Positions 8,091-16,416 of a stretch of DNA of 37,900 nt are shown in pieces; the first letter of the stretch is position 1; the number at the start of each line of letters is the position of its first letter. The stretch lies in the IMG/VR virus record IMGVR_UViG_3300016476_000092, positions 1 to 37,900 of that record. One strand, written 5' to 3'. Source of the DNA: a virus. Lineage: Duplodnaviria; Caudoviricetes. The notes beneath the pieces were generated by a model, which worked only from the letters and a program-made list of their open reading frames with translations, did no database searches and was not told where the DNA came from. A program made the translations under genes and the position numbers.

Positions 8091-8100
8091 CGGCGTGTCG
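8091..8100 (-). promoter_or_regulatory. CGACACGCCG motif, copy 2
   Basis: See 7335-7344. Confidence 0.45.
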
Positions 8101-8133
8101 TTAACCCCGGCTTCGTGAGGAAATCTTCACGGA

Positions 8134-8157
8134 TGGGGTGTAGAACTCTACACCCCA
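8134..8157. promoter_or_regulatory. perfect inverted repeat (operator or recombination-site element)
   Basis: TGGGGTGTAGA-ac-TCTACACCCCA, between the divergent repressor and integrase genes. Confidence 0.55.
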
Positions 8158-8245
8158 GTTTACAGGTTGTTAACGACGAGTTGCTAACCAGCGTCAGTGT
8201 TGGTATCGTGGATTGCAACACGCAACCCGTTACGAAGGAGCAACC

Positions 8246-9247
8246 ATGCTGCTGTCCGAAGCCGTCGACCAGTTCATCCAGTGGCGCGAGTCGGAGGCGT
8301 ACTCCAAGCAGACCATCGACGGGAACCGCAAGCACCTGTACCGCATCATCGACATCGTGGGCAACGTGCCCATCGAGCAGTTCGATGCGACTGCGTACGA
8401 CAAGGTGCAGGCGACTGAGGCCAAGCGAGGCTTGGCCCCGGGTACCCTCAACAACATCCAGTCCACCGTCCGTGCATTCACCAAGTGGGCACACACCCGT
8501 GGCATCTGGCAGCCGTTCCACACCCCCGTGGCTGGGCGGCGCTACCGCCCAGACCCGCCCAAGGAGAAGCGCATGCTCTCCCTGTCCCAGTTCCCTGTGC
8601 TGCTGGACAACACGGACAACCCACGGGACCGAGTGCTCATAGCACTCGCCCTGTTCACGATGTGTCGACAGTCAGAACTCCTGACCCTGCGCATCAAGGA
8701 CGTGGATCTGGAGTCCGGCACCCTGTACGTCAGGGTGCACAAGTCGTACACCGATGACCGCATGCCGATCTCGTCCGAACTGGACGAGGAACTGCGCCGC
8801 TGGCTGACGTACTACACGGAGGAGTGTGGTCCCCTCAACCCCGACTGGTACCTCGTCCCTGCACGGGAGAACGACGGGTTCACTACCCGTCGTCTGGTGC
8901 CGACCCGCCAGATCTCCAAGTCCCAGCCGATCCTTCAGCGTTCGCTGAAGGCCATGGGCATCACGCCGAAGCCATACGAGGACGGCATGCACCTGCTTCG
9001 TCGCAGTGCGGCACGCCGTCTGTACGATGAACTTGTCGCGATGGGGTACGACGGTGCGATGCGCCAAGTCCAGACTTGGCTTCACCACAGTTCGGTCACC
9101 ATCACGGAGCGTTACCTCGGCCTTACCGTGGACAGGGACACCCGGGACAAGGCAGTACGAGGGCAAGCCATGTTCCCGTCGCTGAAGGCTGACAACGTCG
9201 TGGAACTGGAGGTGGTCCGTGGCTCGCGAAACACTGCTGACGTGTGA
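8246..9247 (+). CDS. int: tyrosine recombinase / integrase
   Basis: SAM-like N-terminus. Catalytic residues R (TMCRQSEL), K (VHKS), HLLRR, LHH and Y (TERYLG). AAGGAG RBS before ATG 8246. Confidence 0.92.
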   Translation: MLLSEAVDQFIQWRESEAYSKQTIDGNRKHLYRIIDIVGNVPIEQFDATAYDKVQATEAKRGLAPGTLNNIQSTVRAFTKWAHTRGIWQPFHTPVAGRRYRPDPPKEKRMLSLSQFPVLLDNTDNPRDRVLIALALFTMCRQSELLTLRIKDVDLESGTLYVRVHKSYTDDRMPISSELDEELRRWLTYYTEECGPLNPDWYLVPARENDGFTTRRLVPTRQISKSQPILQRSLKAMGITPKPYEDGMHLLRRSAARRLYDELVAMGYDGAMRQVQTWLHHSSVTITERYLGLTVDRDTRDKAVRGQAMFPSLKADNVVELEVVRGSRNTADV

Positions 9248-9455
9248 CTCGTGCGGGAAGAAGCAGGGCGGCAAGGTCATCGTCTATGCGATTGAGGCCC
9301 GTCGTTCCGACGGGACCAAGTGGATGGTGGACCTGTGTGGCAGGTGCTTCGAAGACTGCGAGCGCCGATACAACGTGCGTCCCCTGAAGCGGATACCCCG
9401 GAACTCGTTCCGGGTCTACGACTCCGTGGGGGACATCCCCACAAATGGGGCATAA
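9219..9455 (+). CDS. small Zn-binding protein, Lsr2 N-terminal-domain-like
   Basis: MARETLLTCDSCG...WMVDLCGRC resembles the Lsr2 MAKK...DD.DG...YEIDL pattern with Cys substitutions. GGAGG RBS. Confidence 0.55.
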   Translation: MARETLLTCDSCGKKQGGKVIVYAIEARRSDGTKWMVDLCGRCFEDCERRYNVRPLKRIPRNSFRVYDSVGDIPTNGA

Positions 9456-9486
9456 CGGGCACAGGAGCGCCGTAGAACGCCGAAAG

Positions 9487-9520
9487 GAGGGGCAGTGGGT
9501 AGATACACCCACCGCCCCTC
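9487..9520. terminator. bidirectional terminator
   Basis: GAGGGGCaGTGGGT-agatac-ACCCACcGCCCCTC, where the int operon and the late operon converge. Confidence 0.7.
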
Positions 9521-9539
9521 TCAGGCCCTCAGCGATGGC

Positions 9540-9737
9540 TTACAGAGCCATCGCGTCAACAAGGTCCTGATCCAGCACCCCATCGGGGTGCAAACCAAGC
9601 AAGACCTGTTGCCCACGCACACGCTGCAACACCCTCTCGTCCCACTCGTCCGAGATCGGGTAAATCCCCAGTCGCTCCCTCACCCGGCGCACCACCTCAT
9701 GTGGTTCGCCCGGGTACACAGGCCGACGCAGGTTCAC
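9540..9737 (-). CDS. stand-alone peptidoglycan-binding domain (PG_binding_1-like)
   Basis: G...EVVRRVRERLG...DEWD...VRGQQVLLGLHPDGVLD matches the PGBD three-helix pattern. Confidence 0.65.
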   Translation of the reverse strand: MNLRRPVYPGEPHEVVRRVRERLGIYPISDEWDERVLQRVRGQQVLLGLHPDGVLDQDLVDAMAL

Positions 9738-11593
9738 GACACGATCCGCATCGTCAACGCCACCGTCCCACCGAACCCTGACCCCGGAGCGGGGGCAGAG
9801 TTCTGCGTGAACGACAACTCCTCACACATCGCCATGTACTGGGTGGAGGCCGAGATCTCATTCACCGGCACCGTCTGCCCATCCTGAACAAGGGCCAGCA
9901 GCGCGTTGTACCGGGCCATCGCACGACCCTCGTAACCGATGGTCACACCGTGCATGTCCCGTTCGAAGTCGTAGCAGTTCAGAATCAACTGGACCAGTTG
10001 GCTGCGACGCTTCGGCGTCGGCAGCGCACGCAGCGACCACGAGTTCACCTTCGGACCCAGACCCTGCTCATCAGACATGATGTTCAACTGGATCGCGCCA
10101 TCGCTCATCGTCGGCTGATCCGTGATGGTGAACGTTGCCTCCTGCGTGCCGTTGTCCATCACGCCGACACCGTGGCCCTTGCCCTTGTCATCCATGAACA
10201 GCACGTCGATCTCGCCCTTGGGATCCGGCTCCGTGATCACAGTCACGTCCACGAAGTTCTTCCGCTCCAGCGTCCCGAACCTGACCCAGCCACCCTGAAT
10301 CCAGCCGAACGGCTCCAGCCCGTTCGACTCAGCGAACGAGTGCACCGTCACCTTCGACCCGTCGCTGTCAGCGACAAGGGCAGCCCTGTGATCCAGAGCA
10401 AGCAGTGCCCTCGCAGGCACTCCCTTGCTCGCACGGAGGAACGCAGCCCACGCTGCGCGACCATCCTGATCAACGACCGATAGGTCGACCTTGACCAGAC
10501 CGCCCTGCCCATCCCCCGCGTCAGCCGCAGGGTAGATGGCGAAGCGGTCGAACATGGAGAACCGGCCAGTCGGAATCGGCGAGTCCAGCAGCGGACCGTA
10601 CGTGATCACGGAACCACTGGAGCCGTCACTAATCGAGCCGACACGGACACCCTTGTCCGTGGCGAAGCACAGGTAGGCACCGAGGTACGAGCGCATGTCA
10701 GTGATGCGCTCGTTCGGTGGGAACTCGGCAATGGAGATCGGTGCGGCAGCAGTCGGCAACTTGCCGGTGGAGTCGAACGTGAGGGCGAACACCTCAGACC
10801 CGGCAGTCCCCCACCCTGCGACAAGGATGGCCTGCGGTGAGTTCGTCACCGCAACCCACTGGAACGTCTCATCCGGGTGAGTCCACAGGATCTTCGCCTG
10901 ATCCAGATCAATCGGCTTCCCATCCGTGGGAAGCGTCTGCTCGTACAGGCGTGGACCCTGAGCCAGCATCAGACGCTGCTTCACCCATCCACCACGGATC
11001 TCACCCTTGGTGGTGGTGAACGCCTGAACCATCGCCGTCTCGGCGATGCCACACATCCAGCCACCCTTGTCCGTCAGGACAAGCACCTTCGATCCGGCAA
11101 TCACCAGACCGGACACTGTCCCGGTGAAGCCCGTCAGTGCGGTCAGTGTCTCACCGTCGATACGGTATACCGTATTGCCCGAAGCGACGAAGCGCTTCTC
11201 ACCGCTGTTCGCCATGAACACGGTGGCAGTTCCAGTGAACTGCCCTATCTGCTTAGCCTTCGGCAGCAGGGTGAGGAACCCCGGCTCAGTGAACGGGTCG
11301 ACGCCCGCAGACGAATCGAACTGACGGAGCGCGAGCGTGTCCGTCGGTGGTTCCTGATACTCACGTCCCGCACCACCCGACCAGTCACCCTGCCCACGGA
11401 TCCACCAACCAGCCAGACTGTTGGAGTCTGGGTTCTGGTTGTTGTCCATCTGAGCGCGGAGAACCTTGGCAAGGGCTCGCTGATACGGGTTCTGAACACT
11501 CGTGCCTGACATGAACCGGAGCCCGTCGATCTCCACGTCGTACGCGAGATCACGGTCCATAAGCGACTCATCCAGATGAACATCACCGCGCAC
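9734..11593 (-). CDS. tail nozzle / tail tubular protein B-like (beta-propeller)
   Basis: GAGG RBS before GTG 11593. About 620 aa, beta-rich, with DWSGGAG motif. Follows the adaptor gene. Confidence 0.65.
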   Translation of the reverse strand: MRGDVHLDESLMDRDLAYDVEIDGLRFMSGTSVQNPYQRALAKVLRAQMDNNQNPDSNSLAGWWIRGQGDWSGGAGREYQEPPTDTLALRQFDSSAGVDPFTEPGFLTLLPKAKQIGQFTGTATVFMANSGEKRFVASGNTVYRIDGETLTALTGFTGTVSGLVIAGSKVLVLTDKGGWMCGIAETAMVQAFTTTKGEIRGGWVKQRLMLAQGPRLYEQTLPTDGKPIDLDQAKILWTHPDETFQWVAVTNSPQAILVAGWGTAGSEVFALTFDSTGKLPTAAAPISIAEFPPNERITDMRSYLGAYLCFATDKGVRVGSISDGSSGSVITYGPLLDSPIPTGRFSMFDRFAIYPAADAGDGQGGLVKVDLSVVDQDGRAAWAAFLRASKGVPARALLALDHRAALVADSDGSKVTVHSFAESNGLEPFGWIQGGWVRFGTLERKNFVDVTVITEPDPKGEIDVLFMDDKGKGHGVGVMDNGTQEATFTITDQPTMSDGAIQLNIMSDEQGLGPKVNSWSLRALPTPKRRSQLVQLILNCYDFERDMHGVTIGYEGRAMARYNALLALVQDGQTVPVNEISASTQYMAMCEELSFTQNSAPAPGSGFGGTVALTMRIVS

Positions 11594-12473
11594 TGTACGA
11601 CCTCTGCGAGGTGGTGTTGAGCAGGCGCAGACGCTCCTCCTGAAGGCGCTGCTGGTACAGGCCGTACAGGTACTTCGACTGGGACGTGATGGACGAAGGA
11701 TCCATCCGCTGATCCACCACGTTCGCCTCAATGGACTGGGACTGGATCATGGCCGCTGTCGCCACCGACATGAGTCGGGCGGCGGCACCAAGGATCACTA
11801 CGTCGTATGACGTGGCAGGCAGGCCAGTCTCCGTGAAGTCCTGATCCGCGCTCTCCAGAGCCTTCGGCCACCCGGCGTACGTGATCGTGTACGTGAACAG
11901 GGGTGTCACCACGTCGTAGATGTAGACGCACTTGCCCGTCTTGCTGACCGTCGGGTCAGCATTCGGGTCGAAGGTGAAGGACTTGACGAACGTCGGGAAC
12001 TTGTACGAACTGGGGTTCGCGATGTAGGAGATCGACAGGATGTTGCGTGCATCCTCTGGCAGTTCGTAGGCGTAGCCCAGAGTCTTTGCCTTGTACTGCA
12101 CGGACCTGACTGCGTACAGGTCCGAGCCCATCGCGGTGATGATCTGGTTGATCGTCTTCTTGACCATGTGCCGTGGGTACAGGGGGTTGTTGATCATCTG
12201 TGATCCGACCTTGTGGTCGGTGGCAGTGGTGCCATCCATGCCCCGCCCGTATGGCGGGACAGTGGCAATGCCCTTCTCTCGGTCGACGCGATCGACCCAG
12301 ATGACTTCGTCTCCGATCTCCATGCGGCCACGCGAAACGTAGTTCGCGTCGGCCACCGGGATCTCCAGAGCGGTAGCGTCAATGTCGGCGGTGATGAAGG
12401 TTGCCGTCTCCTGATCCTTCGTGAAGGAACGCAGGTATGCAAGCACCTCATCAGTGAGGTCAGAGAGATTCAT
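11583..12473 (-). CDS. tail adaptor / tail tubular protein A-like
   Basis: MNLSDLTDEV, YELPED, and VILGAAARL...Y..LYQQRL adaptor-type motifs, with an inserted RG.DGT.A.DH..G domain. Confidence 0.65.
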   Translation of the reverse strand: MNLSDLTDEVLAYLRSFTKDQETATFITADIDATALEIPVADANYVSRGRMEIGDEVIWVDRVDREKGIATVPPYGRGMDGTTATDHKVGSQMINNPLYPRHMVKKTINQIITAMGSDLYAVRSVQYKAKTLGYAYELPEDARNILSISYIANPSSYKFPTFVKSFTFDPNADPTVSKTGKCVYIYDVVTPLFTYTITYAGWPKALESADQDFTETGLPATSYDVVILGAAARLMSVATAAMIQSQSIEANVVDQRMDPSSITSQSKYLYGLYQQRLQEERLRLLNTTSQRSYSAR

Positions 12474-12727
12474 CCAAGATCCTGTACTGCCGTGTTGGTC
12501 TTCTTGCTGGTGTTCACCGCAGCCCTGATGTCCTCCAACTTGGAGGACTTGGGCTGGATGCCCTGAGCACGCGCTTCGCGGTACTCCTTGATCTCGGTCC
12601 AGAACCTGTTCCGAACCTGATACTCACCGTTAGGTGTGATCACCCCAAGCCGCATCGACTTGGACTTCATGCACTCGCCGTACGACGCATGGTCCTGCGT
12701 CGGACAGCCAGAGGAACAGTTGCTCAT
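12470..12727 (-). CDS. conserved actinophage hypothetical protein
   Basis: MSNCSSGCPTQDHASYGEC...YREARAQGIQP. GGAG RBS. Confidence 0.75.
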   Translation of the reverse strand: MSNCSSGCPTQDHASYGECMKSKSMRLGVITPNGEYQVRNRFWTEIKEYREARAQGIQPKSSKLEDIRAAVNTSKKTNTAVQDLG

Positions 12728-12747
12728 GTCTACTCCCATGAGGTTGA

Positions 12748-12771
12748 GGGTGGGGGCCGAAGCCCCCACCC
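12748..12771 (-). terminator. hairpin after the secreted-protein gene
   Basis: GGGTGGGGGC-cgaa-GCCCCCACCC; the loop is UUCG on the - strand. Confidence 0.7.
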
Positions 12772-12777
12772 GTTGAA

Positions 12778-13200
12778 CTAGGCGTTGCGAACGATGAAGT
12801 TGTAATCAGCGTTAGCGGCCATGTCGAAAGGCACAGGAGCGCTAAGGCCGATAGACCCGGAAGAAGCCCCCATGTTCAGGGACTGCCCATCCGCTAGAAC
12901 CGTTCCACCACCATCGGTGATGGTGACCAGAAGGTCAGCGGTACCGAGATTGACGCAAGCGGTAGTGATACCGCTGAAGTCAATGCTGGTAACCGCCCAG
13001 TCGTCCACCGTGTTGTTCCATGTGGGCTCAGGAACATCGAACACCACAGCAGAGGTCTGGCAAGAACTTGCCCCACCACCACTGCCGATGCCCTGAACAA
13101 CATCAGGAACATTGACGATGCCGGTAATCGCTGCCCACGCGACACCAGCGCTTGCAATCAGACCGACGACGACAACGCCGCCGATGATCTTCTTCCTCAC
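12778..13200 (-). CDS. secreted/exported protein with signal peptide (moron-like)
   Basis: GGGAGG RBS. (M)RKKIIGGVVVVGLIASAGVAWA|A signal peptide, followed by a beta-rich domain with two Cys. Confidence 0.75.
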   Translation of the reverse strand: MRKKIIGGVVVVGLIASAGVAWAAITGIVNVPDVVQGIGSGGGASSCQTSAVVFDVPEPTWNNTVDDWAVTSIDFSGITTACVNLGTADLLVTITDGGGTVLADGQSLNMGASSGSIGLSAPVPFDMAANADYNFIVRNA

Positions 13201-13252
13201 TTGCATTCCTCCCAAGGGAAGACACCCGTACGGGCGTACGGGAGATTGAGGG

Positions 13253-13387
13253 CTACTTACCTCCGGGGATCGGGATTCCACCCTTCTGGTTCCACTCCTT
13301 GATCGGAGTCGGAACCGCCGTGTTCGGCTTGCTAGCCTCGGGGGTTGACTGCTTCGTGGTACGAGAACCGTCAAACATTCCAGCCAT
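13253..13387 (-). CDS. hypothetical protein, 44 aa
   Basis: Translated by hand: MAGMFDGSRTTKQSTPEASKPNTAVPTPIKEWNQKGGIPIPGGK*. GGAGGTG RBS; starts right after the lysin stop codon. Confidence 0.65.
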   Translation of the reverse strand: MAGMFDGSRTTKQSTPEASKPNTAVPTPIKEWNQKGGIPIPGGK

Positions 13388-13771
13388 CTACTTCACCTCC
13401 CCATACGGTGTCCACATCGTCCAGAACGAGAACTTCTCTGCGTTGTGCCAGTTCGGCAGGTTCCATGGGGCTTCGCAGATCTTCCCCTTGGTGCAGTAGT
13501 CGTTCGTCAGAACCTTGCCGCCACCGACGCTGAGAGTGACGTGGCCAGAAGAGCCACCGACGTAGAACACCTGCGCCCCCGGAGGGATGTTGCTGGTGTC
13601 CGTGTGCCGCTGAGCGGCAGGCACCTTGTCGGCAGCGATCTTCGCACTTGCCGCATACGCTGGTAGACCCAGCGCAGTGCGGACAAAGTGCTCGCACTTC
13701 TCGTAGTAGTTTTCATCCGGGTGGGTCACTTGGGTCTTGCCCCAAGCGACTGCCTGCTGCGCGGTACGCAT
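13388..13771 (-). CDS. endolysin, CHAP/NlpC-P60-like cysteine peptidase
   Basis: MRTAQQAVAWG...KCEHFVR (catalytic Cys), A.SA, IPPGAQVFY..G..GHVTLS (catalytic His). Follows the holin. Confidence 0.8.
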   Translation of the reverse strand: MRTAQQAVAWGKTQVTHPDENYYEKCEHFVRTALGLPAYAASAKIAADKVPAAQRHTDTSNIPPGAQVFYVGGSSGHVTLSVGGGKVLTNDYCTKGKICEAPWNLPNWHNAEKFSFWTMWTPYGEVK

Positions 13772-13779
13772 CCCTCTCC

Positions 13780-13878
13780 CTACTTTGTACTGTTGCAGGT
13801 GGGGCAAGTGCAACAGCACTTGCAACCACATGTACACATGTTGCGATCCGAACCGCACTTACTGCACTTGCGATCCAT
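13780..13878 (-). CDS. 32-aa Cys-rich, metallothionein-like microprotein
   Basis: Translated by hand: MDRKCSKCGSDRNMCTCGCKCCCTCPTCNSTK* (10 Cys). GGGAAG upstream; fills the holin-lysin gap. Confidence 0.6.
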   Translation of the reverse strand: MDRKCSKCGSDRNMCTCGCKCCCTCPTCNSTK

Positions 13879-14233
13879 CGGACTTCCCTAGAGGAGTAGG
13901 GGCAACACCGTTCTTGTCATCCAGACTGGTGCCGCCATACGGCTTACCGTCACTGCCGATCCGTGCATACGGCATCGCCTCGCTCATTCGGCGAGGCACA
14001 GCACTACCCTTACGGGTAGCGCGAGTGATACCCCACATACCCGCAGTGATCGGCACTCCGTACGTCAACGCCCTGTACAGGGCTTGCTCAATCGTCAGGA
14101 ATGCAGAGTCTGGGGCGGAAGCCCACAGTGCAACGAACACGAACGATGTAGTGGCGACAAGAACACCCAGCCAGTCAACCCATGCCGCAAGAACCGGATG
14201 AGCGGCCCTTACTTCTTTCGCCTTCCGAACCAC
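13859..14233 (-). CDS. holin-like membrane protein
   Basis: Two hydrophobic segments; upstream of the lysin. AAGGAG RBS. Confidence 0.6.
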   Translation of the reverse strand: MVRKAKEVRAAHPVLAAWVDWLGVLVATTSFVFVALWASAPDSAFLTIEQALYRALTYGVPITAGMWGITRATRKGSAVPRRMSEAMPYARIGSDGKPYGGTSLDDKNGVAPTPLGKSDGSQVQ

Positions 14234-16407
14234 TTACGCTTCTCCTTCGGAGCCTTGATCTCAGCCGGTTGCCACTCAGGGGTGGACTTCTTCACCTTCG
14301 GCCAACGGATGATCACGATGCCTTCCTCGCCACGGCCAGCGGCAGTGCCCTTCGTGCCAGCACCGGCCTGACCCCAGACCAGACCATTCGGGTAGTACTG
14401 CTTGCCGTCAACCGCGACACCACCGACATAGTTAGAGTCGGGAACATTCCAGCCGAACATCGTCCAGCACTCCAGCCACGGATCGCTGACCTTCGTCAGC
14501 GGGTACCCGTTGGCATCGTTCTTGTCCGACGCTGACTTGCCAGCACGACCAGTGAGGGTGACGGACTTCTCCGTCACACTGGAATCAGTCGGGTCGATAG
14601 CGGTCGAAGCACCGATACCACAGATCACCTTAAAGGTAGACAGTTCACCCGTGGCAGGCATCTGCCCGTACACCAGTTCACCGCCACCACCGTTGCCGCC
14701 CTTGGCAAGCGTCATGGTCTGACCCTTGCCACCACCGCCAGCACCAACCAGCAGCACATCGAACACCATGTCCTTGCCGGAATCCGTTCGCGTGCAAGTC
14801 CAAGTCGTTGACCAACCGTTCTTCGGGTCATTGCCCGGATCGAACGTGGCGAAGTAGTAGTTCTGCGACTCGTAGATGTTGAACGGCTTGTCACTGGTGA
14901 ACGGGCGGGTGTCGGTCGGGGTGTACTTCACCGACATCGCGTTCGACAGTTCCGATGCACCGACGGCATTGATAGCCTGCACTTGGAAGATCGCCGTACC
15001 AAGCGGCACCTTCGGTGTCGTGAACGAACGAGCCGCACCATCAGCGATGTCGAACCACTGGACGCCAGCGACATCAGTCTGCTGGCGCACCTTCCACGCC
15101 GTGATGTCGGCAGGGCCAGTCCTGCCATTACCCACACCGGGAGAGAACGCCAGTTCGACCTGACCGTTGTAGTAGTCAGTCAACTTGCAGCCACTCAGCC
15201 GTGGCTTGAACGGCGGGAGCGGCTGCTCCGTGTGCACCTCAATGCTGTTCGACGGGTCACTGACCTCGTCCAGTGTCGTCACCGTGTACAGGCGAAAGTT
15301 CCACGTCTTGTCATTCGGAACCACCGCCACACAGTCGGTGAACTGATCCAGCGGAATGTACCCACTGTACGAGTCACTTGCGTTCTCAATACTCACGGCC
15401 TCCCATGAGTAATGCTTCAGCGTCCGGTCAGCCGGGAGGTCAGCCTTGCCGAACGTGAACGTGATCTTCCCGTCACCACCGACAGCATTCGCCAGCACGG
15501 GCGCAGCGATCTGCGGAGCAACCGGGGTGACTTTCATGGAGTTCGACGGAGCCGACTCAACGCCAGTCCCGTCAATCGCGGTCACCGTGACCGTGTACTC
15601 CTTGCCATTCTGAAGACCCGTGATGGAGCCGTCAGTGTTCGGGGCATCAACGTCCATCGTCTTCGTGTCAGGACCGACAGCCTTGATGCGGAACTTGGCA
15701 GGCTCTACTGAACCGCCGTACGTCCACTCCACGATGCCACCGAAGTCGATAGGCACGATCTTCGTGACCACCGGAGGGCGACACACCGTGTCAGCGGTGG
15801 TCGCCTTCGCGGAAGTAGACCATGCACCGATCCCGTTCACGTTATTGCAGCGGGACTGGATCTCATACTCCGTGCCGCCGATCAGGGGAACGATGTCGAA
15901 AGCGGGGTTGATGTCCGACCTGATCGTCCACGACTGATCACCAGTCTTCCGCCACTGAACGTCATACGTCAGCGTCAAGTCAGCATCTGCTGCATTCCGC
16001 AGCAGATGAACCTGAATGGAGTTACCGGAAACCGCCACAACCGAAGGGGAAGGTGGCTGCGCCGGATACCCCAGTTCACCACTGAACTCCGTGACAGCAC
16101 CAGCACCGTTCGCGTTCACCGCAGCGATCTGACCCGTGTACTTCTTCTTGTCAGACAGCATCGACGACAAGTCAACGGAGGACTCCGTCGCCTTCGGCGT
16201 CCACGCGCCGGTCTTCCTGTCGGACGACACGGCGTGAACGCTGTACTGGGTGATAGGGCTACCGCCGTCATCCTTCGGGGCAGTCCAGTTCAGAGTCTTA
16301 CTGGAGTTGTTGATCCAGAACGAGCCGACAGGTCCGGGGACCTTCGGCTTCGGCTTTGGCTTGGCAATGTACCCAGCCGCCCAAGCGCGGCCTTCCATGC
16401 TAACCAA
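14209..16407 (-). CDS. tail/adhesin protein with about five fibronectin type III repeats and a C-terminal Gly-rich domain
   Basis: LNWTAPKDDGGSPITQY, AVNANGAG, GLQNGKEYTVTVTA and QAINAVGASELSN (FN3). LLVGAGGGG...GGNGGGG...GIVIIRW (Gly-rich domain). Confidence 0.85.
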   Translation of the reverse strand: MVSMEGRAWAAGYIAKPKPKPKVPGPVGSFWINNSSKTLNWTAPKDDGGSPITQYSVHAVSSDRKTGAWTPKATESSVDLSSMLSDKKKYTGQIAAVNANGAGAVTEFSGELGYPAQPPSPSVVAVSGNSIQVHLLRNAADADLTLTYDVQWRKTGDQSWTIRSDINPAFDIVPLIGGTEYEIQSRCNNVNGIGAWSTSAKATTADTVCRPPVVTKIVPIDFGGIVEWTYGGSVEPAKFRIKAVGPDTKTMDVDAPNTDGSITGLQNGKEYTVTVTAIDGTGVESAPSNSMKVTPVAPQIAAPVLANAVGGDGKITFTFGKADLPADRTLKHYSWEAVSIENASDSYSGYIPLDQFTDCVAVVPNDKTWNFRLYTVTTLDEVSDPSNSIEVHTEQPLPPFKPRLSGCKLTDYYNGQVELAFSPGVGNGRTGPADITAWKVRQQTDVAGVQWFDIADGAARSFTTPKVPLGTAIFQVQAINAVGASELSNAMSVKYTPTDTRPFTSDKPFNIYESQNYYFATFDPGNDPKNGWSTTWTCTRTDSGKDMVFDVLLVGAGGGGKGQTMTLAKGGNGGGGELVYGQMPATGELSTFKVICGIGASTAIDPTDSSVTEKSVTLTGRAGKSASDKNDANGYPLTKVSDPWLECWTMFGWNVPDSNYVGGVAVDGKQYYPNGLVWGQAGAGTKGTAAGRGEEGIVIIRWPKVKKSTPEWQPAEIKAPKEKRKWFGRRKK

Positions 16408-16416
16408 GAAAACTCC

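Noticed and set aside
13253-13387. riboswitch (e.g. c-di-AMP) upstream of the secreted-protein gene
   Set aside because: Consensus motifs are absent. The region is better explained by a 44-aa ORF with a strong RBS.
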